A DNA stretch of 20,836 nucleotides from Acidimicrobiales bacterium (GCA_025456085.1 JALOLF010000084.1:1-20836), one strand, 5' to 3'; positions 1 to 7,406 are shown, numbered from the stretch's first letter. The notes: a model not told the origin generated them from the letters alone. Made by a program: numbers and translations.

Positions 1-547
1 GGCACATCCGCTGGGTCGGCGGCCAGTTCGGGTCGAGCGGCTCGTGTGGCCCACACCGGTGTCACGACCGGGCGAGCTGTCGCCTCACGTCGCGCCGGCG
101 CTGCGCCAGCTCGTGCCAGCCGGGCTCGACGGGGAGGCGACACGTCGACTGTGGGTCGGGCGACGCTGCGAACGGCGACGGCGCCTCGTGAACGAGGAGG
201 TGCTCGAGCGCCTGCTGGAGCCGCTGGGGTTCGCTTCGGTCGCGCCCGACACGCTGTCCTTCGTCCAGCAGATCGAGCTCTTCGCCCAGACGCGGGTGCT
301 GGTGGGCATCGGTGGCGCGGCCCTGACGAACATGGTGTTCATGCCGACCGGCGGCACGGTCATCAGCATCCAACCGCCGGCGATGGGAGGGACGTTCTTC
401 GAGGGCCTTGCGTCGCACTGCGGCCACGAACTGGTCGTGATCTGGGCCGCGCCCAGGGGCGGGGACGCGCTGCGTGCCACCAACGTCGACATCGAGGTCG
501 ACCCGGAGCTCGTGCTCGACGAGGTACGGGCCGTCGTCGACGGCTGA
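1..547 (+). CDS. glycosyltransferase family 61 / DUF563-like protein, C-terminal portion (5' end lies outside window)
   Basis: The frame is open from position 2 to the TGA at 545-547, and the track ORF 44..547 is its in-window part. The translation (RRLWVGRR..RRLVNEEVLERLLEPLGF..IELFAQTRVLVGIGGAALTNMVFMPTGGTVISI) resembles the C-terminal half of DUF563/GT61 capsule-type glycosyltransferases. The amino-acid composition is normal. Confidence 0.5.
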   Translation, partial: AHPLGRRPVRVERLVWPTPVSRPGELSPHVAPALRQLVPAGLDGEATRRLWVGRRCERRRRLVNEEVLERLLEPLGFASVAPDTLSFVQQIELFAQTRVLVGIGGAALTNMVFMPTGGTVISIQPPAMGGTFFEGLASHCGHELVVIWAAPRGGDALRATNVDIEVDPELVLDEVRAVVDG

Positions 548-594
548 CCCGCGGCGGCAGCGCAGCGCCCGAGCAGAGCGCCTGCGGACGCGGG
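548..594. terminator. imperfect GC-rich inverted repeat between convergent genes (possible bidirectional terminator)
   Basis: CCCGCG (548-553) pairs with CGCGGG (589-594), with an internal CGCAGCGCC...GCGCCTGCG imperfect stem. It lies between the stop at 547 (+) and the stop at 609 (-). There is no U-tract, which is usual for high-GC actinobacteria. Confidence 0.2.
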
Positions 595-608
595 CCAGCC
601 GGGCCCGG

Positions 609-992
609 TCAGGCGTCGGGGCGCATCTCGGCCGGGTCCCAGAAGGCGCGCATCTGGGCGATCCTGCCGTCGTCGCCGAAGACCATGGTGTCGATGATGT
701 CGACCACCATGGCGGTGCCGCCCACGTCGGTGACGGCCTGCATGGGGAAGGCCGCCTCGTTGCCGGCGACACGGATCGGTCCGGTGCGGCGCAGCGTGAT
801 GGACGCACTCATGGAACGCACCAGGTCCCAGAACTCGCTGATGGCGGCCGATCCAACCCGCACCTCGGTGCCCACCGGGTCCTCGATGGAGCCGTCGTCG
901 GCGAACAGGCCGACGTAGCCGTCCTTGTCGCCGGCGGAGAACACCTCGATGTACCGCTCGATGGTGGCCCGGATCTCGTCTGCGCTCGGCAT
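609..992 (-). CDS. SnoaL-like / NTF2-fold family protein (ketosteroid-isomerase-like small enzyme)
   Basis: 127-aa ORF with ATG at 990-992 (complement) and a GGGGGAG Shine-Dalgarno complement at 1004-1010. The translation (IERYIEVFSAGDKDGYVGLFADDGSIEDPVG) is typical of SnoaL_2/NTF2-like proteins, with balanced composition and high GC3. Confidence 0.75.
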   Translation of the reverse strand: MPSADEIRATIERYIEVFSAGDKDGYVGLFADDGSIEDPVGTEVRVGSAAISEFWDLVRSMSASITLRRTGPIRVAGNEAAFPMQAVTDVGGTAMVVDIIDTMVFGDDGRIAQMRAFWDPAEMRPDA

Positions 993-1124
993 GGTCGGTG
1001 CTGCTCCCCCAGTTGTTCCCCCGCGCCGACCCGGCGGCCGGGCCGGCGCAGCCTACGCCGGGGCCGGAACGCGGGTGCGATACTGACCCGCCCACCGACC
1101 GATCCCCCTGGGAGCGCCCTGCCC

Positions 1125-1634
1125 GTGGCCCTTGACGACCTCGCCGCCATCCGGCTCGTGCTGACCGACTTCGACGGCGTGCTCACCGACAACCGCGTGC
1201 TCGTCGACCAGGACGGCCGCGAGGCGGTGTTCTGCAACCGGGCCGACGGGCTCGGGTGCGACCTGCTGCGCGCCGCCGGCATCGAGGTGCTGATCGTGTC
1301 GACCGAGACGAACCCGGTGGTGGCGGCGCGTGCCCGCAAGCTGCGCGTCGGCGTGTTGCAGGCGGTCGACGACAAGGCCGCCGCGGTGGCCGGGCTGCTG
1401 GCCGAGCGGGGCCTGCGGCCCGAGGAGGCGCTGTTCATCGGGAACGACGTCAACGATCTCGGCGCCCTGACCACGGTCGGGGTGGCGGTGTGCCCGGCCG
1501 ACGCCCACGCCGACGTGCGGGCGGTGGCGGCGCACGTCACGGGGGCCGTCGGCGGCAGCGGCGTGCTGCGCGAGGTCACCGACCTCCTGCTGGCGGCACG
1601 CCGTGCCGCGACGCCTGACGGGACCGGCACATGA
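1125..1634 (+). CDS. HAD-IIIA phosphatase, KdsC family (ulosonic/nonulosonic acid phosphate phosphatase-like)
   Basis: In-frame GTG at 1125 with GGGAG at 1110-1114. The HAD motif I (LVLTDFDGVLTD) and the GNDVNDL motif match KDO-8-P, KDN-9-P and Neu5Ac-9-P phosphatases. The stop TGA 1632-1634 overlaps the next ATG (ATGA). The track ORF 474..1634 carries a junk N-terminal extension. Confidence 0.8.
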   Translation: MALDDLAAIRLVLTDFDGVLTDNRVLVDQDGREAVFCNRADGLGCDLLRAAGIEVLIVSTETNPVVAARARKLRVGVLQAVDDKAAAVAGLLAERGLRPEEALFIGNDVNDLGALTTVGVAVCPADAHADVRAVAAHVTGAVGGSGVLREVTDLLLAARRAATPDGTGT

Positions 1635-3556
1635 GCGCCGCGCCGCACTCGGCATCCGAGCCGACCCCGGGCGCCACTCCCGTCGGACGCCCCGAGCCAC
1701 CCCCGAGCACCACGCCCACCACAGACGCCGCGCGCGGCGATCGCGGCGATCACGGCGGCGGAACGCTCGAGGTGCTCGCGCTCGTCACCGCCCGCGGCGG
1801 CTCGAAGGGGCTACCCCGCAAGAACGTGATCCCGGTGCTCGGCCGGCCGCTCATCGTCTGGACCATCGGGGCGGCTCTGCGGGCCGAGACCGTCACCCGC
1901 GTCGTCGTGTCCACCGACGACGACGAGATCGCCGAGACGGCCCTGGCGGCGGGCGCCGAGGTGCCCTTCCGGCGGCCGGCGGACCTGGCCGGCGACACGG
2001 TGCGAGACCTGCCCGTGTTCCGCCACGCCCTCGAGTGGCTGCGCGACGCCGAGGGCTACACGCCCGACCTCGTGGTGCACCTGCGACCCACCTCCCCGGT
2101 GCGCCCGCCCGGCCTCGTCGACCGGGGCGTGCGCCGTCTGGCCGCCGAACCGGGGGCGGACTCCCTGCGGGTGGTCTGTGAGCCGGCGAACAATCCCTTC
2201 AAGATGTGGCGCATCGTCGACGACCGTCTCGTACCCCTCGTCGACTCGGGCATCCCCGAGCAGTACAACGAGCCCCGCCAGGCCCTGCCCACCGTCTACT
2301 GGCAGATCGGCGTGCTCGACGTCATCCGCCCCGCCACGATCCTCGAGCAGGGCTCCATGTCGGGCCGGGTGATCCTGCCGCTGGTGGTCGACGCCGCCCT
2401 GGCGGTGGACATCGACGACGCCTCCTCCATCCCCCGAGCCGAGGAGGCGCTGCCGAGGATCTCGCATGAAGCGCCGCCGCCGCTCGGCCGCCCCCCTCGC
2501 CGGGGAGGGCGCGTCGTGATCGCGGTGGTGGGCTCGGGCTCGGTGGCCCGCCGACACCTCACCAACCTGCTGGCCCTGGGCCGACGTGACCTGCTCGTGG
2601 TCAGCGAGCAGCGCACCGGCTCGTCGCTCGACCTCGACGGCGTCGAGGTCCCCCTGACCGCCGACCTCGACGACGCGCTCGAGCGGGCGACGGAGGGGGT
2701 GGTCGTGGCGAACGTGACCTCACGGCACCTCGACACAGCGGCCCGGGCCGTGCAGGCGGGTCGCCACGTGTACCTCGAGAAGCCGGCGTCGGTGTCGGCC
2801 CACGGCGTCGACGAGCTCGACGCCCTCGCCCGGGCACAGGGCGTGACCGTGGCCGTCGGCCAGCAGCTCCGCTTCCACCCGCTGGTGCTGGCACTGCGCG
2901 ACCTCGTGACCGGCGAGCGCCTGGGTCCCCTGCTGGCGGTGCAGGCCGAGCTGGGTGAGCACCTCGCCGACTACCACCCCGACGAGGACCACCGGCTCGG
3001 CTACGCCGCCCGACGCGAGCTGGGCGGCGGCGTGCTGCTCACCCAGATCCACCAGGTCAACGTGCTGCACTGGCTCCTGGGAGCCTTCGACACGGTGGTG
3101 GCCAGTGGTGGGAACACCGGCAGGCTCGGCATCGACGTGGAGGACACCGTCGACTACCTGGCCGTCCCCCGCAGCGATACCCCGGGCAGCGGCACCCCGG
3201 GCGGCGACGCGCCGACCCCGGGGCCGGTGGTGCACGGGCACCTCGACTACCTGCAACGCCCCAAGGTGTGGACCGTGACCGTCCTCGGCACGCTCGCTCG
3301 GGCACACCTCGACCTGCACGCCGGCACCCTCACCGTGCTCTCGCAGACCGGCACGGCCGACACCATCCCCGTCGAGCAGGACCGCAACGCCCTGTTCGTG
3401 GCCGCCCTGGAGGACTTCTTCGCTGCGCTCGCCGAGGGCCGGCCACCCCGGTGCACGCTGGCCGAGGCGACCACGGATCTCCGACTGGTCGACGCCATCC
3501 GTCGCTCGATGCGGTCGCACCAGGTCGAAGCGATCCAGCGCGAGGATGCGCCATGA
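1631..3556 (+). CDS. fusion protein: N-terminal CMP-sugar (acylneuraminate/Kdo-type) cytidylyltransferase domain + C-terminal Gfo/Idh/MocA-family NAD(P) oxidoreductase domain
   Basis: Single 641-aa frame with no internal stop. Residues around 50-275 carry LALVTARGGSKGLPRKNV..LGRPLI (CTP_transf_3, the NeuA/KdsB signature). Residues around 290-640 carry VVIAVVGSGSVARRHL...YLEKPASVS (Gfo/Idh/MocA Rossmann fold and EKP motif). ATGA overlap with the upstream gene. The roughly 45-aa Pro/Thr-rich N-terminus makes the start uncertain (alternative GTG at 1772). Confidence 0.8.
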   Translation: MSAAPHSASEPTPGATPVGRPEPPPSTTPTTDAARGDRGDHGGGTLEVLALVTARGGSKGLPRKNVIPVLGRPLIVWTIGAALRAETVTRVVVSTDDDEIAETALAAGAEVPFRRPADLAGDTVRDLPVFRHALEWLRDAEGYTPDLVVHLRPTSPVRPPGLVDRGVRRLAAEPGADSLRVVCEPANNPFKMWRIVDDRLVPLVDSGIPEQYNEPRQALPTVYWQIGVLDVIRPATILEQGSMSGRVILPLVVDAALAVDIDDASSIPRAEEALPRISHEAPPPLGRPPRRGGRVVIAVVGSGSVARRHLTNLLALGRRDLLVVSEQRTGSSLDLDGVEVPLTADLDDALERATEGVVVANVTSRHLDTAARAVQAGRHVYLEKPASVSAHGVDELDALARAQGVTVAVGQQLRFHPLVLALRDLVTGERLGPLLAVQAELGEHLADYHPDEDHRLGYAARRELGGGVLLTQIHQVNVLHWLLGAFDTVVASGGNTGRLGIDVEDTVDYLAVPRSDTPGSGTPGGDAPTPGPVVHGHLDYLQRPKVWTVTVLGTLARAHLDLHAGTLTVLSQTGTADTIPVEQDRNALFVAALEDFFAALAEGRPPRCTLAEATTDLRLVDAIRRSMRSHQVEAIQREDAP

Positions 3557-4404
3557 GCTCCGGGAGCACCGCCGACCTGTTCGACCTCACCGGGCGGCGC
3601 GCCATCGTGACCGGTGGGGCCGGCCTGCTCGGCCGGGTGTTCGCCCGGGCGCTGCTGGACGTGGGTGCCGAGGTGCACCACCTCGACCGGGACGAGGGCC
3701 GCCTCGAAGAGGTGCTCGCCGCACTGCCCGACGATCTGCGCCGCCGAGCCGTGGCCGTGCGCTGCGACCTCACCGACGAAGACGACGTCGAAGCCACCGT
3801 GGCTGCGCTCGCCCGCCAGGGACGCATCGACATCCTGGTCAACTCCGCTGCCATCGACCCCAAGTTCGACGGCACCGCGGCGGGCGGCGCCGGCCCCGAC
3901 GCGCCCGACGACGGCCATCTCACCCGCTATCCCGTCGATCGGTGGCGCCAGAGCCTCGAGGTGAACCTCACCGGCGTGTTCCTCATCACCCGATCGGTGT
4001 GCCGGGTCATGCAGACCCAGGGCGAACGGGGCGAGGGCACCGTCGTGAACCTGTGCTCGACCTACGGTCTGGTCGGTCCCGACCAGCGGATCTACGACGG
4101 GGCGCCCACCCCGTTCTTCAAGCCGGTCGACTACTCGGTCACCAAGGCCGGCCTGCTCGGCTTCACCCGGGCGGTGGCCTCCCTCTACCGGGACAGCGGC
4201 ATCCGGGTGAACGCCCTCAGCCCCGGCGGGGCCTTCGACGACCACGACCCGGCCTTCGTGGCCGCCTACTCGTACCGCACGATCACCGGACGCATGGCCG
4301 ACCCCGACGAGTATCGTGGCGCCATCGCGTTCCTGTGCAGCGACGCCTCCTCCTACATGACCGGCGCCAACCTGGTCGTCGACGGAGGCTGGACGGCCCT
4401 CTAG
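3553..4404 (+). CDS. short-chain dehydrogenase/reductase (classical SDR) oxidoreductase
   Basis: ATG 3553 overlaps the upstream TGA (ATGA). TGGAGLLG Rossmann motif, YSVTK catalytic Y-x3-K, and C-terminal NLVVDGGWTA. 283 aa. Confidence 0.85.
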   Translation: MSSGSTADLFDLTGRRAIVTGGAGLLGRVFARALLDVGAEVHHLDRDEGRLEEVLAALPDDLRRRAVAVRCDLTDEDDVEATVAALARQGRIDILVNSAAIDPKFDGTAAGGAGPDAPDDGHLTRYPVDRWRQSLEVNLTGVFLITRSVCRVMQTQGERGEGTVVNLCSTYGLVGPDQRIYDGAPTPFFKPVDYSVTKAGLLGFTRAVASLYRDSGIRVNALSPGGAFDDHDPAFVAAYSYRTITGRMADPDEYRGAIAFLCSDASSYMTGANLVVDGGWTAL

Positions 4405-4448
4405 CAGCCCCTGCCAGCACCCCTGCCCCCCCTGCAGCCCTGCATCCC
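4405..4448 (+). repeat. C-rich degenerate CCCTGC-type short direct repeats in intergenic leader
   Basis: CAGCCCCTGC CAGCACCCCTGC CCCCCCTGC AGCCCTGC directly after the SDR stop and about 60 nt upstream of the NeuB-like start. CTGC recurs four times at 9-12 nt spacing. Confidence 0.4.
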
Positions 4449-4505
4449 ACGGTGACCCGAGTGACGGCGAACGACATCCTCCCCACGAGCCCGAGGCCGG
4501 CGCCG

Positions 4506-5393
4506 ATGCTCATCGCCGAGGTGGGCTGCAACCACCTGGGTGATCTCGACGTGGCCAAGCGGTTTATCGAGGTGGCGACCTCCTTCTGCAACGTGACCAC
4601 CGTCAAGTTCCAGAAGCGCGACGTCGCCACCCTGCTGACCGAGGAGCAGCGCAACGCCCCCCACCCGGCGCCGCACAACTCCTACGGCCCCACCTACGGC
4701 GAGCATCGGGAGTTCCTGGAGCTCGACCTCGACCAGCACCGGGAGCTGAAGGAGGCGTGCGAAGCCCGCGGCGCCACCTACACCTGCTCGGTGTGGGACG
4801 CGCCCAGCTTCGAGGAGATCGCCTCGCTCGAACCCGAGCTGATCAAGATCCCGTCGGCCAGCAACACCAACCCCGACCTGCTGGAGGCGGCGTGCCGGCA
4901 CTTCCCCGGGCCGATCCACATCTCCCTCGGCATGACCACCCGCGCCGAGGAGGCCACCATCGTCGAGGTGTTCCGGCGTCACGGTCGCCTCGGCGACCTG
5001 GTGCTCTACGCCTGCACGTCGGGCTATCCGGTGCAGCCCGCCGAGGCCTACCTGCTGGAGATCCTGCGGCTGCGCGAGGCCTACGGCGCCGAGGTGGGGG
5101 GCATCGGCTACTCGGGACACCACAACGGGATCTCGCTCGACCTGGTGGCCTTCACCCTCGGCGCCGACTACCTGGAACGGCACTTCACCCTCGACCGGAC
5201 GTGGAAGGGCACCGACCACGCGGCCTCCCTCGAGCCCGACGGGCTGCGGCGCCTGCGCCGCGACCTGGACTACGCGGCGCAGGCGCTGCAGGCCCGGCCC
5301 ACCGAGATCGTGGAGGTGGAGCGCCCCCAGCGGGCGAAGCTCAAGTGGCTGCGGGGCAACGTGGGCGCGTCGCCGGCGGCGGGCTCGCACTGA
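4506..5393 (+). CDS. N-acylneuraminate (nonulosonic acid) synthase family protein, NeuB-like PEP-condensing TIM-barrel; C-terminal SAF/antifreeze-like domain apparently absent
   Basis: ATG 4506 gives MLIAEVGCNHLGD, the classic NeuB/PseI/LegI N-terminal motif, and the TIM-barrel body follows (KIPSASNTN, GYSGHH). The product is only about 295 aa and its C-terminal 50 aa do not resemble a SAF domain. An alternative upstream GTG lies near 4461. Confidence 0.8.
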   Translation: MLIAEVGCNHLGDLDVAKRFIEVATSFCNVTTVKFQKRDVATLLTEEQRNAPHPAPHNSYGPTYGEHREFLELDLDQHRELKEACEARGATYTCSVWDAPSFEEIASLEPELIKIPSASNTNPDLLEAACRHFPGPIHISLGMTTRAEEATIVEVFRRHGRLGDLVLYACTSGYPVQPAEAYLLEILRLREAYGAEVGGIGYSGHHNGISLDLVAFTLGADYLERHFTLDRTWKGTDHAASLEPDGLRRLRRDLDYAAQALQARPTEIVEVERPQRAKLKWLRGNVGASPAAGSH

Positions 5394-5420
5394 CGCCCGG
5401 GCTGCGACGACCGCTCCGTG

Positions 5421-5433
5421 ACGGGAATCCCGT
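5421..5433. promoter_or_regulatory. 13-bp perfect palindrome ACGGGAATCCCGT upstream of the 5488 gene
   Basis: Seen directly: ACGGGA-A-TCCCGT, flanked by a CCGTGAC direct repeat. It shares the GGAATCC core with the 17-bp palindromes at 7407 and 7469. Confidence 0.3.
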
Positions 5434-5437
5434 GACA

Positions 5438-5479
5438 GGCACGCCGCGACCGGCACCTCCCGGCGGGCACGCCGCGACG
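5438..5479. repeat. direct repeat GGCACGCCGCGAC x2 (about 28-bp spacing) in the promoter region of the 5488 gene
   Basis: aGGCACGCCGCGACCGG at 5437-5453 and gGGCACGCCGCGACGG at 5465-5480, both within the 94-bp intergenic region. Confidence 0.35.
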
Positions 5480-5487
5480 GCGGCGCC

Positions 5488-7383
5488 GTGACCGAGACCC
5501 TGGTCCACCTCGACGTCGACCCCGCCGACGCCTCGCTGCTGGCGCTGCTGCGCGCCCGGGTGGGCGCCGGCGCGCGGCTCGCGGTCCCCGCCGGCACGGC
5601 ACTCGACGGGGAATGGGCCGGGCCGGTGGTGACGGTCACCGGCCGGGCCGCGTTCTCGATCCTCGACGACACGGACCGACTGGTCGAGACGCTCATCGAC
5701 ACCGCACGCACCCGGGGCGCGGACGAGGACCTGCTGGCCGCGCTGGAGGCGGCCCGCTTCCCCCTGGCCGTGGCGCTGGCACCGGACTGGCACCGCTGGC
5801 GGACCGTGAGCCGGCTCATCGCCGAGCACCGACCCCGGCGGCTGGTGGTGGTCTCGTCGTCGATGCGATCGCGTCGCGACGCCGCCCGGTTCGCCCGGTC
5901 GTTCCCGGGCGTGGCGGTGGAGGTGCTCGACGTCCGGACCCGCGGCGCCCGGCTGGAGCGCTGGCGGCAGCGGATCCACGCAGCCCGGGTGCACGCCGAG
6001 TCCCGGGTGCACGCCGAATCCGCCCGTGGCGGCGCGGCGCCCCACGACCGGCCCGTCGTGGCCTTCGTGGAGTTCTTCCCCAACAACCTCAAGGCGTCGC
6101 TGCCCGTGGCCGGGGCGCTGGCCGAGCACCACGGCCTGCGACCGATGTGGATCGCCTGCCGCCGGGCCGTCGTCGATGCGCTCGCCGACGCGGATGCCCT
6201 CGGGGGCACGCGCGCGACCGACGACGTGGTCACGGCGCCCGCGACGCTGGAGCTGCCGCCCGACCCGTTGCTCCACCGCGCCACCGCGCGGCGCCTCACC
6301 GCTGCCGGCCTGCGCGACGCGGTGCGCGCCTTCGCCACCGGGTTCCCACCCCCTCCCGGAACTCGGGCGGATGGATGCCGGAGACCGACCTCGGAGGACC
6401 CGATTTCGGAGCTTGTGCGGGCGGGGGCGCGGGCGCGGGCGGGGGTGGTGGACCCGTGGCTCGTGCCCACCGTGCGCCGTCATGCCGTCGTCACGGCGGC
6501 GGGCGGCGAGCGGTGGCGGCGCTGGCTCGCCGAGACGATCACCGGACTCGATGCCCGGCTCGTGGTCGTGACCACGCCCTACGACCTGACCGCTCGCGCC
6601 GGCGTCGTGGCAGCCCACCGCGTCGGTCTCCCCACGGCGTGGATCCAACACGGCATCTACAACCCCCGCCACGCCCACCGCAGCATCGACGTGGACCTGG
6701 CACTGCTGTGGGGCGAGTACGAGGCCGCCGACCTCCGGGACCGGCAGCCTCCGATCGGCGAGATCGCGGCGGTGGGCTCCCCGGTGCACGATCCCCTCGC
6801 CGTCCATCGAGCCGTGCGGGCGCAACGGCGCTTCCCCGCCGAGGGCGAGCCGCTGCGGGTGACCTATCTGGCCTCCCACTCACGGTGGTTCTACACGCTC
6901 GACGACGCGGCCCGGGCGACGTCGGTGGTGTGCGAGGCCGCGTCCCGGCTTCCCGACGTCGAGCTGACCGTCAAGTGCCATCCGCACGACGACACGGGCG
7001 TCCCCGAGGCCGCGGCGGGTCCCTTCCCGGGCGTCGTGGTGGTGCGCCATGGCGACAGCCGGGAGCTCACCGTCGCCTCCGACTTGGTGATCGTGCGGGA
7101 TTCGACAGCCGGCTACGAGGCCTGCATGGCCGACGTCGCGCTCCTGGAGCTCGAGATCGGCGAGCGGGTGCTCGACTTCTCCTACACCCACCTCGGAGCG
7201 GCCCGACCCGTGCGCAACGCCGACGACATCGTCGCTGCTGTGCGGGACCTGCGCGAGGACCCTGCGGCACGTGCGGCCCTCGCCGCGGGGCGGGAGCGGT
7301 TCCGGGTCCACCACCTCCACGGCGGCCACGGCGACGCCGCCACGACCGCCGCCGACCAGCTGGCGCGCCTCCTGACGCGCTGA
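5488..7383 (+). CDS. putative TagF/KpsC-like GT-B polymerase or transferase (K-x-HP motif); function unknown
   Basis: 631-aa frame with normal composition, whereas the overlapping alternate frames are Arg/Gly/Pro junk. The C-terminal third carries RVTYLASHSRWFYT ... LTVKCHPHDD ... DLVIVRDSTAGYEACMADVALLE. This resembles the acceptor-binding, HP and nucleotide-binding motifs of CDP-glycerol glycerophosphotransferases and KpsC/KpsS-like transferases. GTG start at 5488. Confidence 0.55.
   Translation: MTETLVHLDVDPADASLLALLRARVGAGARLAVPAGTALDGEWAGPVVTVTGRAAFSILDDTDRLVETLIDTARTRGADEDLLAALEAARFPLAVALAPDWHRWRTVSRLIAEHRPRRLVVVSSSMRSRRDAARFARSFPGVAVEVLDVRTRGARLERWRQRIHAARVHAESRVHAESARGGAAPHDRPVVAFVEFFPNNLKASLPVAGALAEHHGLRPMWIACRRAVVDALADADALGGTRATDDVVTAPATLELPPDPLLHRATARRLTAAGLRDAVRAFATGFPPPPGTRADGCRRPTSEDPISELVRAGARARAGVVDPWLVPTVRRHAVVTAAGGERWRRWLAETITGLDARLVVVTTPYDLTARAGVVAAHRVGLPTAWIQHGIYNPRHAHRSIDVDLALLWGEYEAADLRDRQPPIGEIAAVGSPVHDPLAVHRAVRAQRRFPAEGEPLRVTYLASHSRWFYTLDDAARATSVVCEAASRLPDVELTVKCHPHDDTGVPEAAAGPFPGVVVVRHGDSRELTVASDLVIVRDSTAGYEACMADVALLELEIGERVLDFSYTHLGAARPVRNADDIVAAVRDLREDPAARAALAAGRERFRVHHLHGGHGDAATTAADQLARLLTR
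5986..6021 (+). repeat. 18-bp tandem duplication inside the CDS (encodes RVHAES RVHAES)
   Basis: CGGGTGCACGCCGAGTCC followed by CGGGTGCACGCCGAATCC, one mismatch. Confidence 0.6.
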
Positions 7384-7406
7384 GCCGCCGCTGCAACCGC
7401 GGCCCG

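Noticed and set aside
993-1124. Possible sigma70-like promoter (GATACT -10-like at 1079-1084) in the divergent SnoaL/KdsC intergenic region.
   Set aside because: The -35 match (GGAACG) is poor and actinobacterial promoters are weakly conserved. It is not supportable without transcription start site data.
46-1753. Overlapping track ORFs 46..918 (+), 62..808 (-), 85..1095 (-), 809..1753 (-), 1053..1700 (-) and 1256..1618 (+).
   Set aside because: Their translations are Arg/Gly/Pro/Ala low-complexity with no motifs. They overlap better-supported genes (the GT61 fragment, the SnoaL-like gene and the KdsC-like gene) and are typical GC-driven open frames in a roughly 72% GC sequence.
1603-4245. 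ORFs 1603..2181 (+), 1811..2557 (-), 2720..3520 (-), 3247..4245 (-) and 3330..3923 (-) across the cytidylyltransferase-fusion and SDR genes.
   Set aside because: These are alternate or antisense frames with Arg/Pro/Gly-rich junk translations. The sense frames carry clear NeuA, Gfo/Idh/MocA and SDR motifs.
3546-4505. The N-terminal 320 aa of track ORF 3546..5393, upstream of the NeuB-like domain.
   Set aside because: The sequence is Arg/Pro/Gly-rich nonsense that overlaps the SDR gene in another frame. The real gene most plausibly starts at ATG 4506 (MLIAEVGCNH).
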